Source: an uncultured Thermodesulfobacteriota bacterium (GTDB lineage Bacteria > Desulfobacterota > GWC2-55-46 > JADFVP01). Taken from it: DNA of 64,000 bases. A program made the translations under genes and the position numbers. Location: positions 424 through 64,423 of the forward strand of contig CAZEBZ010000003.1 of assembly GCA_964510775.1 (NCBI GenBank). Direction: 5' to 3'. Positions 11,006-20,560 of the stretch are shown piece after piece. Below the pieces are notes generated by a model. That model made no database searches. It saw only the letters and a program-made list of their open reading frames with translations, and was not told where the DNA came from. The stretch's first letter is position 1. Each line of letters opens with the position of its first letter.

Positions 11006-11746
11006 TTATTCCAGACCGAACTTAGCCGCCTCAACCTTAATAAACTCCAGTATAGAATCCTGATCTTCCTGAGAAATATCAGAGAACATTACACCTGAAC
11101 CGCTAAAGAGAGTCGCCTCCTCATCATTACTCGTCGTCCACCTGACAAGGGCGTTCATCTTCATCACCGTCTCGCTATGGGGCAGGGCAAAAACAAGGCG
11201 CACAAGGGTACCCTCAAGAAGCTCTTCTTTTGTATGGAGGAAGAGGCCGTTATCGCTGATATTTAAGATAAATCCCGTAAGAGACCTCTCGCCTACCTTA
11301 AAATCTACGGGTATGGAGACGGGTACACGCACCCTCTTTTGTCCCTTGGCGGCAAAGTCGCTGTAGAGCACGTTATTTACCATAAAGATTATATGCTCCG
11401 GCGTATAGGCCTTTGAGATAAGCCTTGAGACACCAAGCCCTTTAAGCCTTCCAATAACCTCCATAGGGTCGTAAACACTCGTTATTATAAGAATTGGAAA
11501 CTTTCCAGTGTATCCATTGCTCTTAATCCACTCAAGAACCTCAAAACCATCCATATCAGGCATGTGCAGGTCGAGTATAAGAATATCTATACCCTCAGAA
11601 TCATTCACTATATTCGCTATAAGCTCTCTTCCGTCCTTTGCGGAAGTGACCTCGTGGCCGCCGTCAGTGAGAATCTCACTGAGCCTCATCCTGAAAAAGA
11701 GTGAATCATCAGCGATAAAGACCCGTTTTTTACGCACATCACCCAT
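11006..11746 (-). CDS. Response regulator receiver domain fused to a C-terminal PilZ (c-di-GMP binding) domain
   Basis: N-terminal CheY-like region with the phospho-acceptor D in ILDLHMPDMDG. The C-terminal part carries PilZ signatures QKRVRVP (RxxxR) and NISDNGLFL (D/NxSxxG). Confidence 0.75.
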   Translation of the reverse strand: MGDVRKKRVFIADDSLFFRMRLSEILTDGGHEVTSAKDGRELIANIVNDSEGIDILILDLHMPDMDGFEVLEWIKSNGYTGKFPILIITSVYDPMEVIGRLKGLGVSRLISKAYTPEHIIFMVNNVLYSDFAAKGQKRVRVPVSIPVDFKVGERSLTGFILNISDNGLFLHTKEELLEGTLVRLVFALPHSETVMKMNALVRWTTSNDEEATLFSGSGVMFSDISQEDQDSILEFIKVEAAKFGLE

Positions 11747-11961
11747 ATAAACTCTCCCGTTGAGCTTGAATCTGTATTGTTTTTTTATGTTTTTATGGAG
11801 GTGAAGCAGCCAGTGTGTATATTAAGCTGCAAGGGCGTGATAAAAAAATAAACGCCACTATTTAATTTTACAATAGCAGCGTCGTTTTTTCAATATATTT
11901 TAAAGAAAGGGACTATAAATTAATGAAGCGCCTTAGACACTCTCGCCTCGCAGAGGTACGG

Positions 11962-14145
11962 TTATTTCTTCGGGAGTTTCCACGTTGCGTGCTTGCAGTC
12001 CGGGTACTTGGAGCAGCCGTAAAAGACGCGGCCTTTCTTGGTGCGGCGCTCAACGAGTGTACCGCCGCAGCCCTCCTCAGGACAGTCTACGCCAGTTGAG
12101 TATGGCAGTGTGCTCTTGCAGTCAGGGTATTTCGAACAGGCGAGAAAACGGCCGAACCTCCCGCTCTTAATCACCATGGGGCTCTCACACTTGGGGCATT
12201 TTTCATCTGTCTCGGCCGTCTTATCGGCTTTTTTTACGGCGCCGCTCTCATCAGTAGTAAAATCCCCTGTATTCTTGCACTCAGGGTAACCCGTGCAGGC
12301 GAGGAACTTACCACGCCTTCCCCACTTTATCACCATGGGCTTGGAGCATTTCTCGCAGAGAAGATCCGTAGGCGTCACATCTTCCTTGACGCTCCTCATC
12401 TCCACCTTTGCTTTTTCAAGCCTCTTGCTGAAAGGCGTGTAAAACTCCGCCATGAGCTCGCGCCACTTAACCTTGCCTTCCTCTACCATATCAAGCTCTT
12501 CTTCCATATGAGCGGTAAACTCGGCATTCAAAATCTCGGGAAAACTCTCAACAAGCAGGCCGTTTACAAGAGTTCCAAGTTCCGTGGGGTGGAGCCTGCG
12601 CTCCTCTTTTTCCACATATCCCCTGTCCTGAATGGTACTGAGGATAGTGGCGTAAGTAGAGGGACGTCCAATGCCGTTCTCTTCGAGTTCCTTTACAAGA
12701 GTAGCCTCCGTAAACCTCGGCGGGGGCTGAGTAAAGTGCTGAGAGGGGTCTATATCAAGGAGACCAACCTCCTCGCCCTTATTAATAGGCGGCAGCAGCG
12801 CGGATTTGCCCTTACCCTTTGCCTTCTCATTCTCTTTATCCTTATCCGAGGCCTTCTCGGCAGTCTCAACACTTACCTCGTAGACACGGGTAAACCCCGG
12901 GAACTTCATCACAGAGCCTGACGTCGTCAGGGTATATGTGCCGCCAGTTATCTCTACCCTTGTCTGATCCATAATGGCCGGGGCCATCTGACAGGCCACA
13001 AACCTCTTCCAGATAAGGCCGTATAATTTCCACTGATCAAGAGTAAGCAGACTCTTAATACTATCAGGCCTGTACTCCATAGACGTGGGCCTTATGGCCT
13101 CATGGGCGTCCTGCGTCTTGGATTTACCTTTTTTCTTCTTATATACATTGGCCTTGGCGGGAAGATACTCCTTGCCGTACTCCTTCTCAATAAATCCCCT
13201 TACCGCCGTAACAGCACTATCGGCGAGCCTCGTAGAATCTGTCCTTATATAAGTAACAAGACCTACGGGGCCTGCGCTGCCAAGCTCTACGCCCTCGTAT
13301 AACTGCTGGGCTATCATCATCGTTCTCTTTGCCGTAAAGCCGAATTTACGCGAGGCGTCCTGCTGCAGCTTGCTTGTAGTAAAAGGCGGCAGCGGATTTC
13401 TTCTCACCTCTTTTTTCTCAACACCGGCTATCTTATACTGCAGCTCTCGCAGCTCTGCCACGATGCCCTCAGACTCGGTCTTCGTCGCCGGCACAAGCTT
13501 CTTGCCATCTTTTTTGGCGAGCCTCGCCGTAAACTCGTCACCACCCGCCGACTGGAATAACACGTCTATATGCCAGTACTCAACAGTCTTAAAGGCATTA
13601 ATCTCGGCCTCACGCTCGCAGATAAGCCTCACGGCAACAGACTGCACACGGCCTGCGCTAAGGCCCATACGCACCTTCTTCCAGAGCACGGGGCTTACCT
13701 GATAACCTACTATGCGGTCAAGAATTCTTCTCGCCTGCTGGGCCTCGTATTTTTTCCGGTCAAGGTCTATGGGTTTGGCTATTGCGGCCTTAATGGCGTC
13801 TTTTGTAATCTCATTAAAGAGCACACGGCGCGTCTTCACCCCGTCCTTGTCTATCTCCTCTGCAATATGCCAGGCAATAGCCTCACCCTCTCTATCAGGG
13901 TCAGGTGCGAGATAGATGGTCTCGGCCTCTTTGGCGGCGCTCTTCAGCTCTCGAATAGTCTTCTGCTTTGCCTTTATCCTTACATAACTCGGCTCGAAAC
14001 CATTCTCTATATCCACGCCAAGGGCGCTCTTTGGCAGGTCCTTGATATGACCCACTGAGGCAAGCACGGTAAAGCCGCGGCCAAGATACTTGTTGATGGT
14101 GCGGGCCTTTGCCGGCGACTCAACTATTACCAGTGATTTTCCCAT
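11962..14145 (-). CDS. topA: DNA topoisomerase I
   Basis: The start is placed at MGKSLVIVESPAKARTINKY, the canonical TopA N-terminus, with GGAGG upstream. It has a Toprim domain, the catalytic Tyr region, and C-terminal tandem C4 zinc ribbons (CEKCSKPMV..., CPKCESPMV..., CPEEGCGG...). It follows dprA. Confidence 0.95.
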   Translation of the reverse strand: MGKSLVIVESPAKARTINKYLGRGFTVLASVGHIKDLPKSALGVDIENGFEPSYVRIKAKQKTIRELKSAAKEAETIYLAPDPDREGEAIAWHIAEEIDKDGVKTRRVLFNEITKDAIKAAIAKPIDLDRKKYEAQQARRILDRIVGYQVSPVLWKKVRMGLSAGRVQSVAVRLICEREAEINAFKTVEYWHIDVLFQSAGGDEFTARLAKKDGKKLVPATKTESEGIVAELRELQYKIAGVEKKEVRRNPLPPFTTSKLQQDASRKFGFTAKRTMMIAQQLYEGVELGSAGPVGLVTYIRTDSTRLADSAVTAVRGFIEKEYGKEYLPAKANVYKKKKGKSKTQDAHEAIRPTSMEYRPDSIKSLLTLDQWKLYGLIWKRFVACQMAPAIMDQTRVEITGGTYTLTTSGSVMKFPGFTRVYEVSVETAEKASDKDKENEKAKGKGKSALLPPINKGEEVGLLDIDPSQHFTQPPPRFTEATLVKELEENGIGRPSTYATILSTIQDRGYVEKEERRLHPTELGTLVNGLLVESFPEILNAEFTAHMEEELDMVEEGKVKWRELMAEFYTPFSKRLEKAKVEMRSVKEDVTPTDLLCEKCSKPMVIKWGRRGKFLACTGYPECKNTGDFTTDESGAVKKADKTAETDEKCPKCESPMVIKSGRFGRFLACSKYPDCKSTLPYSTGVDCPEEGCGGTLVERRTKKGRVFYGCSKYPDCKHATWKLPKK

Positions 14146-14314
14146 TATATAAGACAATGCCTCCGTTGTATTTGAAATAAGCTCAAAAAACCTTTTACAG
14201 TTTAAGGAGAGTAATTTCAACTCTTTTTTTATTTTTTATCAGATAGAGCCGCTTATGAGACTACAGGCCCCTCTATACATCTGTAAAATATGAGAGACAA
14301 AATTGGGGCGGCAA

Positions 14315-15457
14315 TTAAAAAATTCTCGTAAAAATCTTTCCCGGCCCCTGTGAGACAAGGCCTTTCAACTCCATCTCAAGAAGCACTCCGCCAAGCTCCG
14401 CCGTATTTATCCCAAGGAGTGAGGCAAGTTCATCTATGGACAGAGGGCCCTCTTCAAGACCCTTGAATACAAGGGCCTCATTACCCTCGGCGGGGCTGTC
14501 CTTTCCCTCATTCCTTCCAACCCCGCAGGTCTTCATAGTGCCAGGTGAGAGGCCCCACTCAGCCAAGACATCGCCTGCGGCCTCAACAAGGACGGCGCCG
14601 CTCTTAATTAGGCTGTTTGGCCCCTTGCTCTTATAGGAAGTAAGGGGGCCCGGTACGGCAAAGACGTCGCGGTTCTGCTCAAGAGCAAGCCTCGAAGTCA
14701 TCATAGCACCGCTCCTAAGTGGCGCCTCAACAACGATAAGGCCTCGTGAGAGGCCGCTTATTATCCTGTTTCTCCGTGGAAAATTATAGGCCTTTGGCCC
14801 GGCGCCCATTGGAAACTCCGATAGAAGAAGGCCCTTAACGCCTAATTGCTCATAGATTTGCCGTGCCTCGCCAGGGTAGCAGCGGTCTACACCTGTGCCA
14901 AGCACTGCAACAGTAGCGCCGCCTGCCTCAAGAGCGCCTTTATGCGCCGCACTGTCGCAGCCCTTTGCCATGCCGCTTACAATGAGAATTCCAAGAGAGG
15001 CCAGGTCGCTGCCAAGAGACTGGGCAACCCTCAACCCGTAATGAGTGGGCCGCCTTGTACCCACTATGGCCACTGACTCAGTAATGGCAAGTAGAGATAA
15101 ATCACCTCGATAGTAAAGAAAAAAAGGCGGATCAGGTATTTCTTTAAGGCGGGCTGGGTAGAGGGGGTCATTAAGGGTTAAGAGCCCCGCGCCGGCCTCG
15201 TCCATAAGGGCAAGTTCACCATCAACCCACGCCCAGTCATCAAAGCCCTTTATAGACTGGGCAAGGCGCGGCTCGAGGGCCAAGTCAGGAGCAGACTCGG
15301 CAAAAGTGCCAAAGAGGGCCTCGGGCCCCTCATTGATAATGGCATCGACAAGGCGCGGCCTGTACCCTCGTGGAATTTTCAGCCTTCTAACGGCAAGCCA
15401 GTATCTAATATCAACCTCTTCCATAGAGAAAAAGGCCGCTCTCATAAATATCTCCAA
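14315..15457 (-). CDS. dprA: DNA processing protein DprA (Smf)
   Basis: 380 aa with a Rossmann-like DprA core (GTRRPTHYG, VVEAPLRSGAMMTSRLALEQNRDVFAVPG) and a C-terminal winged-helix-like tail. It lies in the conserved dprA-topA arrangement. Confidence 0.9.
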   Translation of the reverse strand: MEIFMRAAFFSMEEVDIRYWLAVRRLKIPRGYRPRLVDAIINEGPEALFGTFAESAPDLALEPRLAQSIKGFDDWAWVDGELALMDEAGAGLLTLNDPLYPARLKEIPDPPFFLYYRGDLSLLAITESVAIVGTRRPTHYGLRVAQSLGSDLASLGILIVSGMAKGCDSAAHKGALEAGGATVAVLGTGVDRCYPGEARQIYEQLGVKGLLLSEFPMGAGPKAYNFPRRNRIISGLSRGLIVVEAPLRSGAMMTSRLALEQNRDVFAVPGPLTSYKSKGPNSLIKSGAVLVEAAGDVLAEWGLSPGTMKTCGVGRNEGKDSPAEGNEALVFKGLEEGPLSIDELASLLGINTAELGGVLLEMELKGLVSQGPGKIFTRIF

Positions 15458-15552
15458 GAGAGGGCCTCAAGACCGTCGCCGCTCTGCAAATCCTCGCAAG
15501 AGGGGCAAAGAATAATTGTATCATTAACAATACAGGACTTAACCTCAACAAC

Positions 15553-16650
15553 CTACAGGGCGGACTTTGCCAGCACAGTATCGCCCGTCTTTATGGCCCT
15601 GATGCTCTTTATTACTATGCACGACGATGTGCCTTTACCTGCCTCAACAACGACTACGGAACCTATCTCCTCATCGGGAATAGCAACTTTTTTTCCTGTA
15701 AGAGGGTTGCGAAGACTCCCCTTATTCCTCATCACCTTAAGGAGCCTGCCCTGCTCAATTCCATCATCAGAACCCTTGTCTATATAGAGTATATCTCCCT
15801 TTGAAAGAAACTCATTTTCAAGAGAGGCTATGACAACACCCTCTATGGCAGCATCGGAAAATCTAATCCGCACCTCTTTAGGGGGCTCACTGTACTTCAT
15901 AAGCCTGTTGCCGGCTCCTATTTCCTCAAAAGAATTATCTACCCTGCCCTCAACAACGCTATTTGTTCCCGTAACGACGAGGCTGCCGAGGATCTCTATG
16001 GTATGGCCCATTACTTTTCCCGTAAGGGGGTGCTTTATAATGTCACCCTCTTTGAAGATAGTATAACGGTCTCCCTCGCTGACCTCTTGCCCCTCATTAA
16101 AGGAGAGGTATACCTCATCACCGCGGTGCAGGAGCATCTTCTCATCATCCTTTGCCTTCAGTATAATACCCGCTCCCTTAGGGGTTTTTTCAGAGATAAA
16201 ACCCTTTTTACGTAAGGGTGCGCTGCCGTAGGCAGGCCCTTTTGGGGCCTCCGGTTTAACAGCAGAGACTTCAGGCTGCAGCCTTACAACAGGCAGCCCG
16301 TCTTCAGTGAGACTCACAACAGGGAGGGAATCAATATCAAGACCAGCAGGTCTCTTCGCGCCCTCTTCGGCCCCGAATGGCACAACCTTTACCACATCGC
16401 CGGGGTATATAAGGTCGGGGTTTTTTATGTATGAGTTAAGCTTCCAGAGATATGGCCACTTAAAGGGGTCTTTCAGAAACCTCTCGGAGATGTCCCAGAG
16501 GGTATCGTGCCTGATGATGGTATAATAAACGGCATTCTCATCGCCGCGCGTCTTGCCGGCGCCCTTGTCGCCAGGTACGGCACGGGCGGGCACAGATGAG
16601 AACAGGCACAGAATTAATAAAACATAAAAGGCCTTGAGATAATTTTTCAT
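15553..16650 (-). CDS. Secreted LysM domain-containing protein
   Basis: Signal peptide MKNYLKAFYVLLILCLFSSVPARA. The LysM motif is YYTIIRHDTLWDISERFLKDPFKWPYLWKLNSYIKNPDLIYPGDVVKV. The C-terminal part is beta-rich and its function is unknown. Confidence 0.65.
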   Translation of the reverse strand: MKNYLKAFYVLLILCLFSSVPARAVPGDKGAGKTRGDENAVYYTIIRHDTLWDISERFLKDPFKWPYLWKLNSYIKNPDLIYPGDVVKVVPFGAEEGAKRPAGLDIDSLPVVSLTEDGLPVVRLQPEVSAVKPEAPKGPAYGSAPLRKKGFISEKTPKGAGIILKAKDDEKMLLHRGDEVYLSFNEGQEVSEGDRYTIFKEGDIIKHPLTGKVMGHTIEILGSLVVTGTNSVVEGRVDNSFEEIGAGNRLMKYSEPPKEVRIRFSDAAIEGVVIASLENEFLSKGDILYIDKGSDDGIEQGRLLKVMRNKGSLRNPLTGKKVAIPDEEIGSVVVVEAGKGTSSCIVIKSIRAIKTGDTVLAKSAL

Positions 16651-16670
16651 AATATGCCTTCCTTCTCTTA

Positions 16671-17537
16671 TTATAACTTCAACCTCTTTAACGCGCTCTT
16701 AGCCGCAGATGACTCAGGATAATCTCTCTCAATCCTCTTAAATGCCGCTCTTGCCTTCTCAGACTCGCCGAGCTTATCATAAGTGGCTCCAAGCCCCATC
16801 AGGGCGTCGGCGGCCTTGTTGCCGCGAGGATACCTGTCTATTACAACTTTATAGAGGACAACTGCGTCCCTGAAATCCTTCTTTCGATAATAACTCTCGG
16901 CGCTCCAGTAAAAGGCGTTATCAGCAAGGTCGCTCTCAGGGTAGGCCGTTGTTAGTCTCAAAAAGAGAGTCCGCGCGTCACTGAACTTTCCTGCCAGGAA
17001 CAAGGCGCGGGCTTTTTCGTACATAACCTTTGCCGAGGTGAGCTTCGAGGCAGCGGGAGCGGAGACCGAGGGCTTCGCAGCACCGCCAGACCTTCCCCTA
17101 TTATCTTTAATCTCAACGGAAGGGGGTTTTGCCAGCTTGGCAGGGCCTTTTTTTACGGCTAACGGCCCTTTTTGCGCCTGACTCACCGGACTCTCAGACA
17201 ACCCCTTTATTCTAAGGACGCCTTTCTCACCAAGCCTGATAACCCTCAGCCCCGCAGGCGGGGTTATAGCTGCAGACTTAGACTCTCGCTCCGCCGAAGC
17301 GTCTCTGGCGCCTGACTCTGAGTCGAGCTTATCGCGAAGGAGATGAAACTTGTTCTCAAGTTCTTCGAGCTTAGCTCCGCGCTCATCAAGAGACCTCTCC
17401 AGAGAGGCTATCCTCTTATTAAGGCCCTCCACCACAACTGCATCAGGCGTGGCCGCGCACCCGTAAAGAGATAAAAAAGCAAGGGCAAATATGACTTGAT
17501 ACTTATGCTTCACTGTTGCAAGATTAATCGCTACCAC
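16671..17537 (-). CDS. YbgF/CpoB-like Tol-Pal-associated periplasmic protein (coiled coil plus C-terminal TPR)
   Basis: Signal/lipobox region (SLYGCAA), a coiled-coil (LERSLDERGAKLEELENKFHLLRDKLD), and C-terminal TPR repeats (ADNAFYWSAESYYRKKDFRDAVVLYKVVIDRYPRGNKAADALMGLGATYDKLGE). Confidence 0.7.
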   Translation of the reverse strand: MVAINLATVKHKYQVIFALAFLSLYGCAATPDAVVVEGLNKRIASLERSLDERGAKLEELENKFHLLRDKLDSESGARDASAERESKSAAITPPAGLRVIRLGEKGVLRIKGLSESPVSQAQKGPLAVKKGPAKLAKPPSVEIKDNRGRSGGAAKPSVSAPAASKLTSAKVMYEKARALFLAGKFSDARTLFLRLTTAYPESDLADNAFYWSAESYYRKKDFRDAVVLYKVVIDRYPRGNKAADALMGLGATYDKLGESEKARAAFKRIERDYPESSAAKSALKRLKL

Positions 17538-17714
17538 CTTGTTTTGTCAAGCCTTTTTTACGTGCGCAGAAGTTCAGATGAGTACTTCTAAAGGCTCATA
17601 AAGATAATTCAGAGGCCATATTACAGAACGCCATCATTATTATTAATACAATTATGGGGCCGCTCTGTCAGTGACGTCTATCACCGCAGCCTTTACAGGG
17701 ATAGAGAAAAGACC

Positions 17715-18377
17715 TCAGCCCCCTGCTGTTTTTTTCACTCTTTTATAGACAAAAGGCACAAGGGAGACGAGTAGAACAAGGAGAATACCTATAATAAATG
17801 CAGGGGAGACGCGGCCGTGGAATATATCCAGTATGGAGCTGGAAAAAACCACATAGGCCGTAATACCGGGAAGCATAAAGATAAGGGTAGCGAGGAAATA
17901 AGGAGCGAGGCCTATCTTAGTAAGGCCAAAGGCGTAGTTAAGAAAGTTAAATGGAAATAAAGGGATAAGCCTCGTAAAGGCCACAATCTTCCAGCCCTTT
18001 TTCTCTACGGACTCGTCTATCTCCCTCATACGGCCGCCCTTTACAAGGCCCTCTACCCACTCGCGCCCCATCTTTCTCGCGATAATAAAGGCAAGTGTAG
18101 CGCCTGTGGTAGCGCCGACGGCCACATAAACAACACCCCAAAAGGGCCCAAAAAGCACGCCGCCAACTACGGTAATGGGCAGCCCCGGAAGCATGAGACT
18201 CGGCGCGAGGGCATAAAATAGCATATAGACCACAGGGCCCCATACCCCAAAACCGCCTATCCACCCTCGCATTACGTCCTGGTCAAGGTATCTTCCAAGG
18301 CCGAGGTATCTTACGAGAAAAAAAGCGCCGCCTATAAAAAGCAGTAAGATTACGAATTTTATTGTTTTCTTATTCAT
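17715..18377 (-). CDS. DedA / TVP38-TMEM64 family membrane protein
   Basis: 220 aa with multiple TM helices and the family core motifs LMLPGLPITVVGGVLFGPFWGVVYV and FTRLIPLFPFNFLNYAFGLT. Confidence 0.8.
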   Translation of the reverse strand: MNKKTIKFVILLLFIGGAFFLVRYLGLGRYLDQDVMRGWIGGFGVWGPVVYMLFYALAPSLMLPGLPITVVGGVLFGPFWGVVYVAVGATTGATLAFIIARKMGREWVEGLVKGGRMREIDESVEKKGWKIVAFTRLIPLFPFNFLNYAFGLTKIGLAPYFLATLIFMLPGITAYVVFSSSILDIFHGRVSPAFIIGILLVLLVSLVPFVYKRVKKTAGG

Positions 18378-18384
18378 GGCATTT

Positions 18385-18935
18385 TTTCCAAAGTTGCGAA
18401 GGAGGCGTAAAAGACCTTAAAGGTTTGGAAGTTACCACCCCCCTCCCCACACCATTGGTTTTCTTTGTCCATTTTTTTTGGTGGGCAGTGCCCACCCTAC
18501 AAGTATCTCTAAGTTTTTAAATAATCAGCATAGAACCCCGCCGATGTTGGTTGTGCTTACTGCATAGCGAGCAAAAAACCTTTTTCCAAAGCCACGAGGG
18601 ACGCCTGAAACACTTTAAAGGTTTGGAAGTTACCCCGCCTCCCCCCATTGGTTTTCTTTGCCCATACTCTCTTAGCGACCGTCCTGCATATGACCTGCGC
18701 TATATCCCCCAGGGACATAGAAAAAATGCAAAATAAATAAAAAACTTTTTTCCGAGGCTATGCGGGGCGTACCGACACCTTAAATGCTCTAAGTTCTTTC
18801 CGGCCAATTGGTTTTCTTTGTCCTACTTTCTTTTTTCCGAGGCTATGCGGGGCGTACCGGCACCTTAAATGCTCTAAGTTCTTTCCCCCTTTGGTTTTCT
18901 TTGCCCAGCTTTCTTTTTTCCAAAAGAAAGTTTTT
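18385..18935. repeat. Cluster of four ~85-90 bp direct repeats (two near-identical pairs) of an intergenic repeat family with core ATTGGTTTTCTTTG and adjacent hairpins
   Basis: Units lie at about 18390-18475 and 18580-18665 (TTTTTCCAAAG...CCTTAAAGGTTTGGAAGTTACC...CCCCATTGGTTTTCTTTGYCCAT) and at about 18745-18830 and 18830-18912 (TTTTTTCCGAGGCTATGCGGGGCGTACCGRCACCTTAAATGCTCTAAGTTCTTTCC...TTGGTTTTCTTTG). The embedded hairpins are GGTGGGCAGTGCCCACC and CTTTCTTTTTTCCAAAAGAAAG. The same core recurs at 21483-21735 and 40100-40530. Confidence 0.8.
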
Positions 18936-19013
18936 TATCTCTTGCGCCGTGCCCTGCGCCTTCAACCCGCCTTTATCTCCAAGTGAAGAGAGTATTTTAA
19001 TGCCGGCTCTTGT

Positions 19014-20444
19014 CTACTTACCCCTTCTGATAAGCCAGCGTGAGACCGTTGGAAACCACCCTGAGAAGAGTTTCTCCGTATAATAGGCGTCGCAGGCGCG
19101 TTTTAGCCCCTGCGCCACAGTGGGGTAGACGTGAATCGTCCCTGAAATGGCCGTTATGGGGAGCTTTGCCTTCATGGCAAGCACGTACTCGTGTATTAGC
19201 TCGCCTGCTCCGGGGCCAAGAATATGAGCGCCCAGTATCTGCTTTTTCTTGCTCACAACTATCTTTATAAGGCCCTTACCCTCGCCCTCAAGAAGGGCCC
19301 TGTCCACCTCGGCAAAGGGCACACGAAAGACAGAGACCTTATCGAACTTGGCGCGGGCCTCGGCCTCTGTAAGGCCAACTCTCGCAAGCTCAGGGTCGGC
19401 AAAGGTCACCCAGGGAGTTACCCTGTAATCGGCCCTTCTCTTTATAACAGGAAATAGGGCGTTTGATACGACAAGGCCCGCCTGATACTCGGCCATGTGC
19501 GTAAACTTAAATGGCCCCGTTACGTCTCCGGCGGCGTAGATATGACCCTGCGTGGTCTTCATTGAGAGGTCGGACTTTATACCCCTTCGTTTATCATACT
19601 CAATGCCTGCGTTAGAAAGGTCAAGGCCCTCTACATTAGGAGACCTGCCGATTGCGGACATTATCTCCTCAGCCTCATAGACCTTATCTCCATCAGAGCG
19701 GGCCGCGAGCACTCTCTTACCCCTCTCACTTCGCCCTATCTCCTTAAACTCCTTGCACGTCTCTATCTTTATACCCTCTTCTACAAGAAGGGCATGAAGG
19801 GCGGCGGAGAGCTCTTTATCTTCTCGAGGCAGTATCTGCCCTTTTTTCTCAAGTATGGTAACTTCCGCGCCAAGACGGCTGAAGATCTGGGCGAACTCTA
19901 TGCCTATGGGGCCGCCGCCGAGGATAATAATGCTTGAGGGCAGACTCGTAAGGCCAAGGGCCGTAATATTAGTAAGCGCACCGACTTCTTTTAGTCCGGG
20001 TATAGGTAAGATAGCGGGGCTTGAGCCCGAGGCTATAAGAAACTTTCTTCCAAGAAGCCTCTGCCCCTCTACGTTAAATACATGGTCGTCCTCAAAGGCG
20101 CCGCTGCCAAAGATTACATCTACACCCATCTTTCTGAAACGCTCAGGGTCGTCGTTACAGGAGATCTTTGACTGCACAGCCTTCATAGAGGCCATAACTT
20201 CTGCAAAATCCACGGTAACAGGGCCGCACTTTACGCCAAACTCCCCGGCGCGCCGTGCTATCATGGCTACCTTAGCAGAGTGAACGAGCCTCTTTGTAGG
20301 CACGCAGCCCCAGTGCAGGCAATCGCCGCCAAGGGAGGCCGTCTTCTCCACAAGGGCAACTCGCGCGCCGAGCTGCGCGGCGCCGCTTGCCGTAACAAGG
20401 CCCCCAACACCGCCGCCGATTATTATAAGATCGTATTTTTTCAT
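19014..20444 (-). CDS. FAD-dependent pyridine nucleotide-disulfide oxidoreductase (dihydrolipoyl dehydrogenase / mercuric reductase-like class I family)
   Basis: The start is placed at MKKYDLIIIGGGVGG. It has a redox-active disulfide GGDCLHWGCVP, a second NAD Rossmann motif, and a C-terminal dimerisation domain with the HxxxxE region (HVYPTVAQGLKRAC). No HMA domain is present. Confidence 0.85.
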   Translation of the reverse strand: MKKYDLIIIGGGVGGLVTASGAAQLGARVALVEKTASLGGDCLHWGCVPTKRLVHSAKVAMIARRAGEFGVKCGPVTVDFAEVMASMKAVQSKISCNDDPERFRKMGVDVIFGSGAFEDDHVFNVEGQRLLGRKFLIASGSSPAILPIPGLKEVGALTNITALGLTSLPSSIIILGGGPIGIEFAQIFSRLGAEVTILEKKGQILPREDKELSAALHALLVEEGIKIETCKEFKEIGRSERGKRVLAARSDGDKVYEAEEIMSAIGRSPNVEGLDLSNAGIEYDKRRGIKSDLSMKTTQGHIYAAGDVTGPFKFTHMAEYQAGLVVSNALFPVIKRRADYRVTPWVTFADPELARVGLTEAEARAKFDKVSVFRVPFAEVDRALLEGEGKGLIKIVVSKKKQILGAHILGPGAGELIHEYVLAMKAKLPITAISGTIHVYPTVAQGLKRACDAYYTEKLFSGWFPTVSRWLIRRGK

Positions 20445-20560
20445 GACTATCTGCTGTCCCTGTCCTGCATTAACTCCCATGTCTCATCTTTACTCTATAT
20501 GTAATATAACACCAGCGCATATATCCGTAAGTATGATGGCTTACATAAGCCGCCTCATAA

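Noticed and set aside
18385-18935. Possible CRISPR array suggested by short repeated units in long intergenic regions (also 21483-21735 and 40100-40530)
   Set aside because: Repeat spacing is irregular (48-76 bp between cores), and the units are embedded in longer duplicated blocks. Orientation differs between loci, and no cas genes or leader are present. The repeats are better explained as REP/MITE-like or terminator-like elements.
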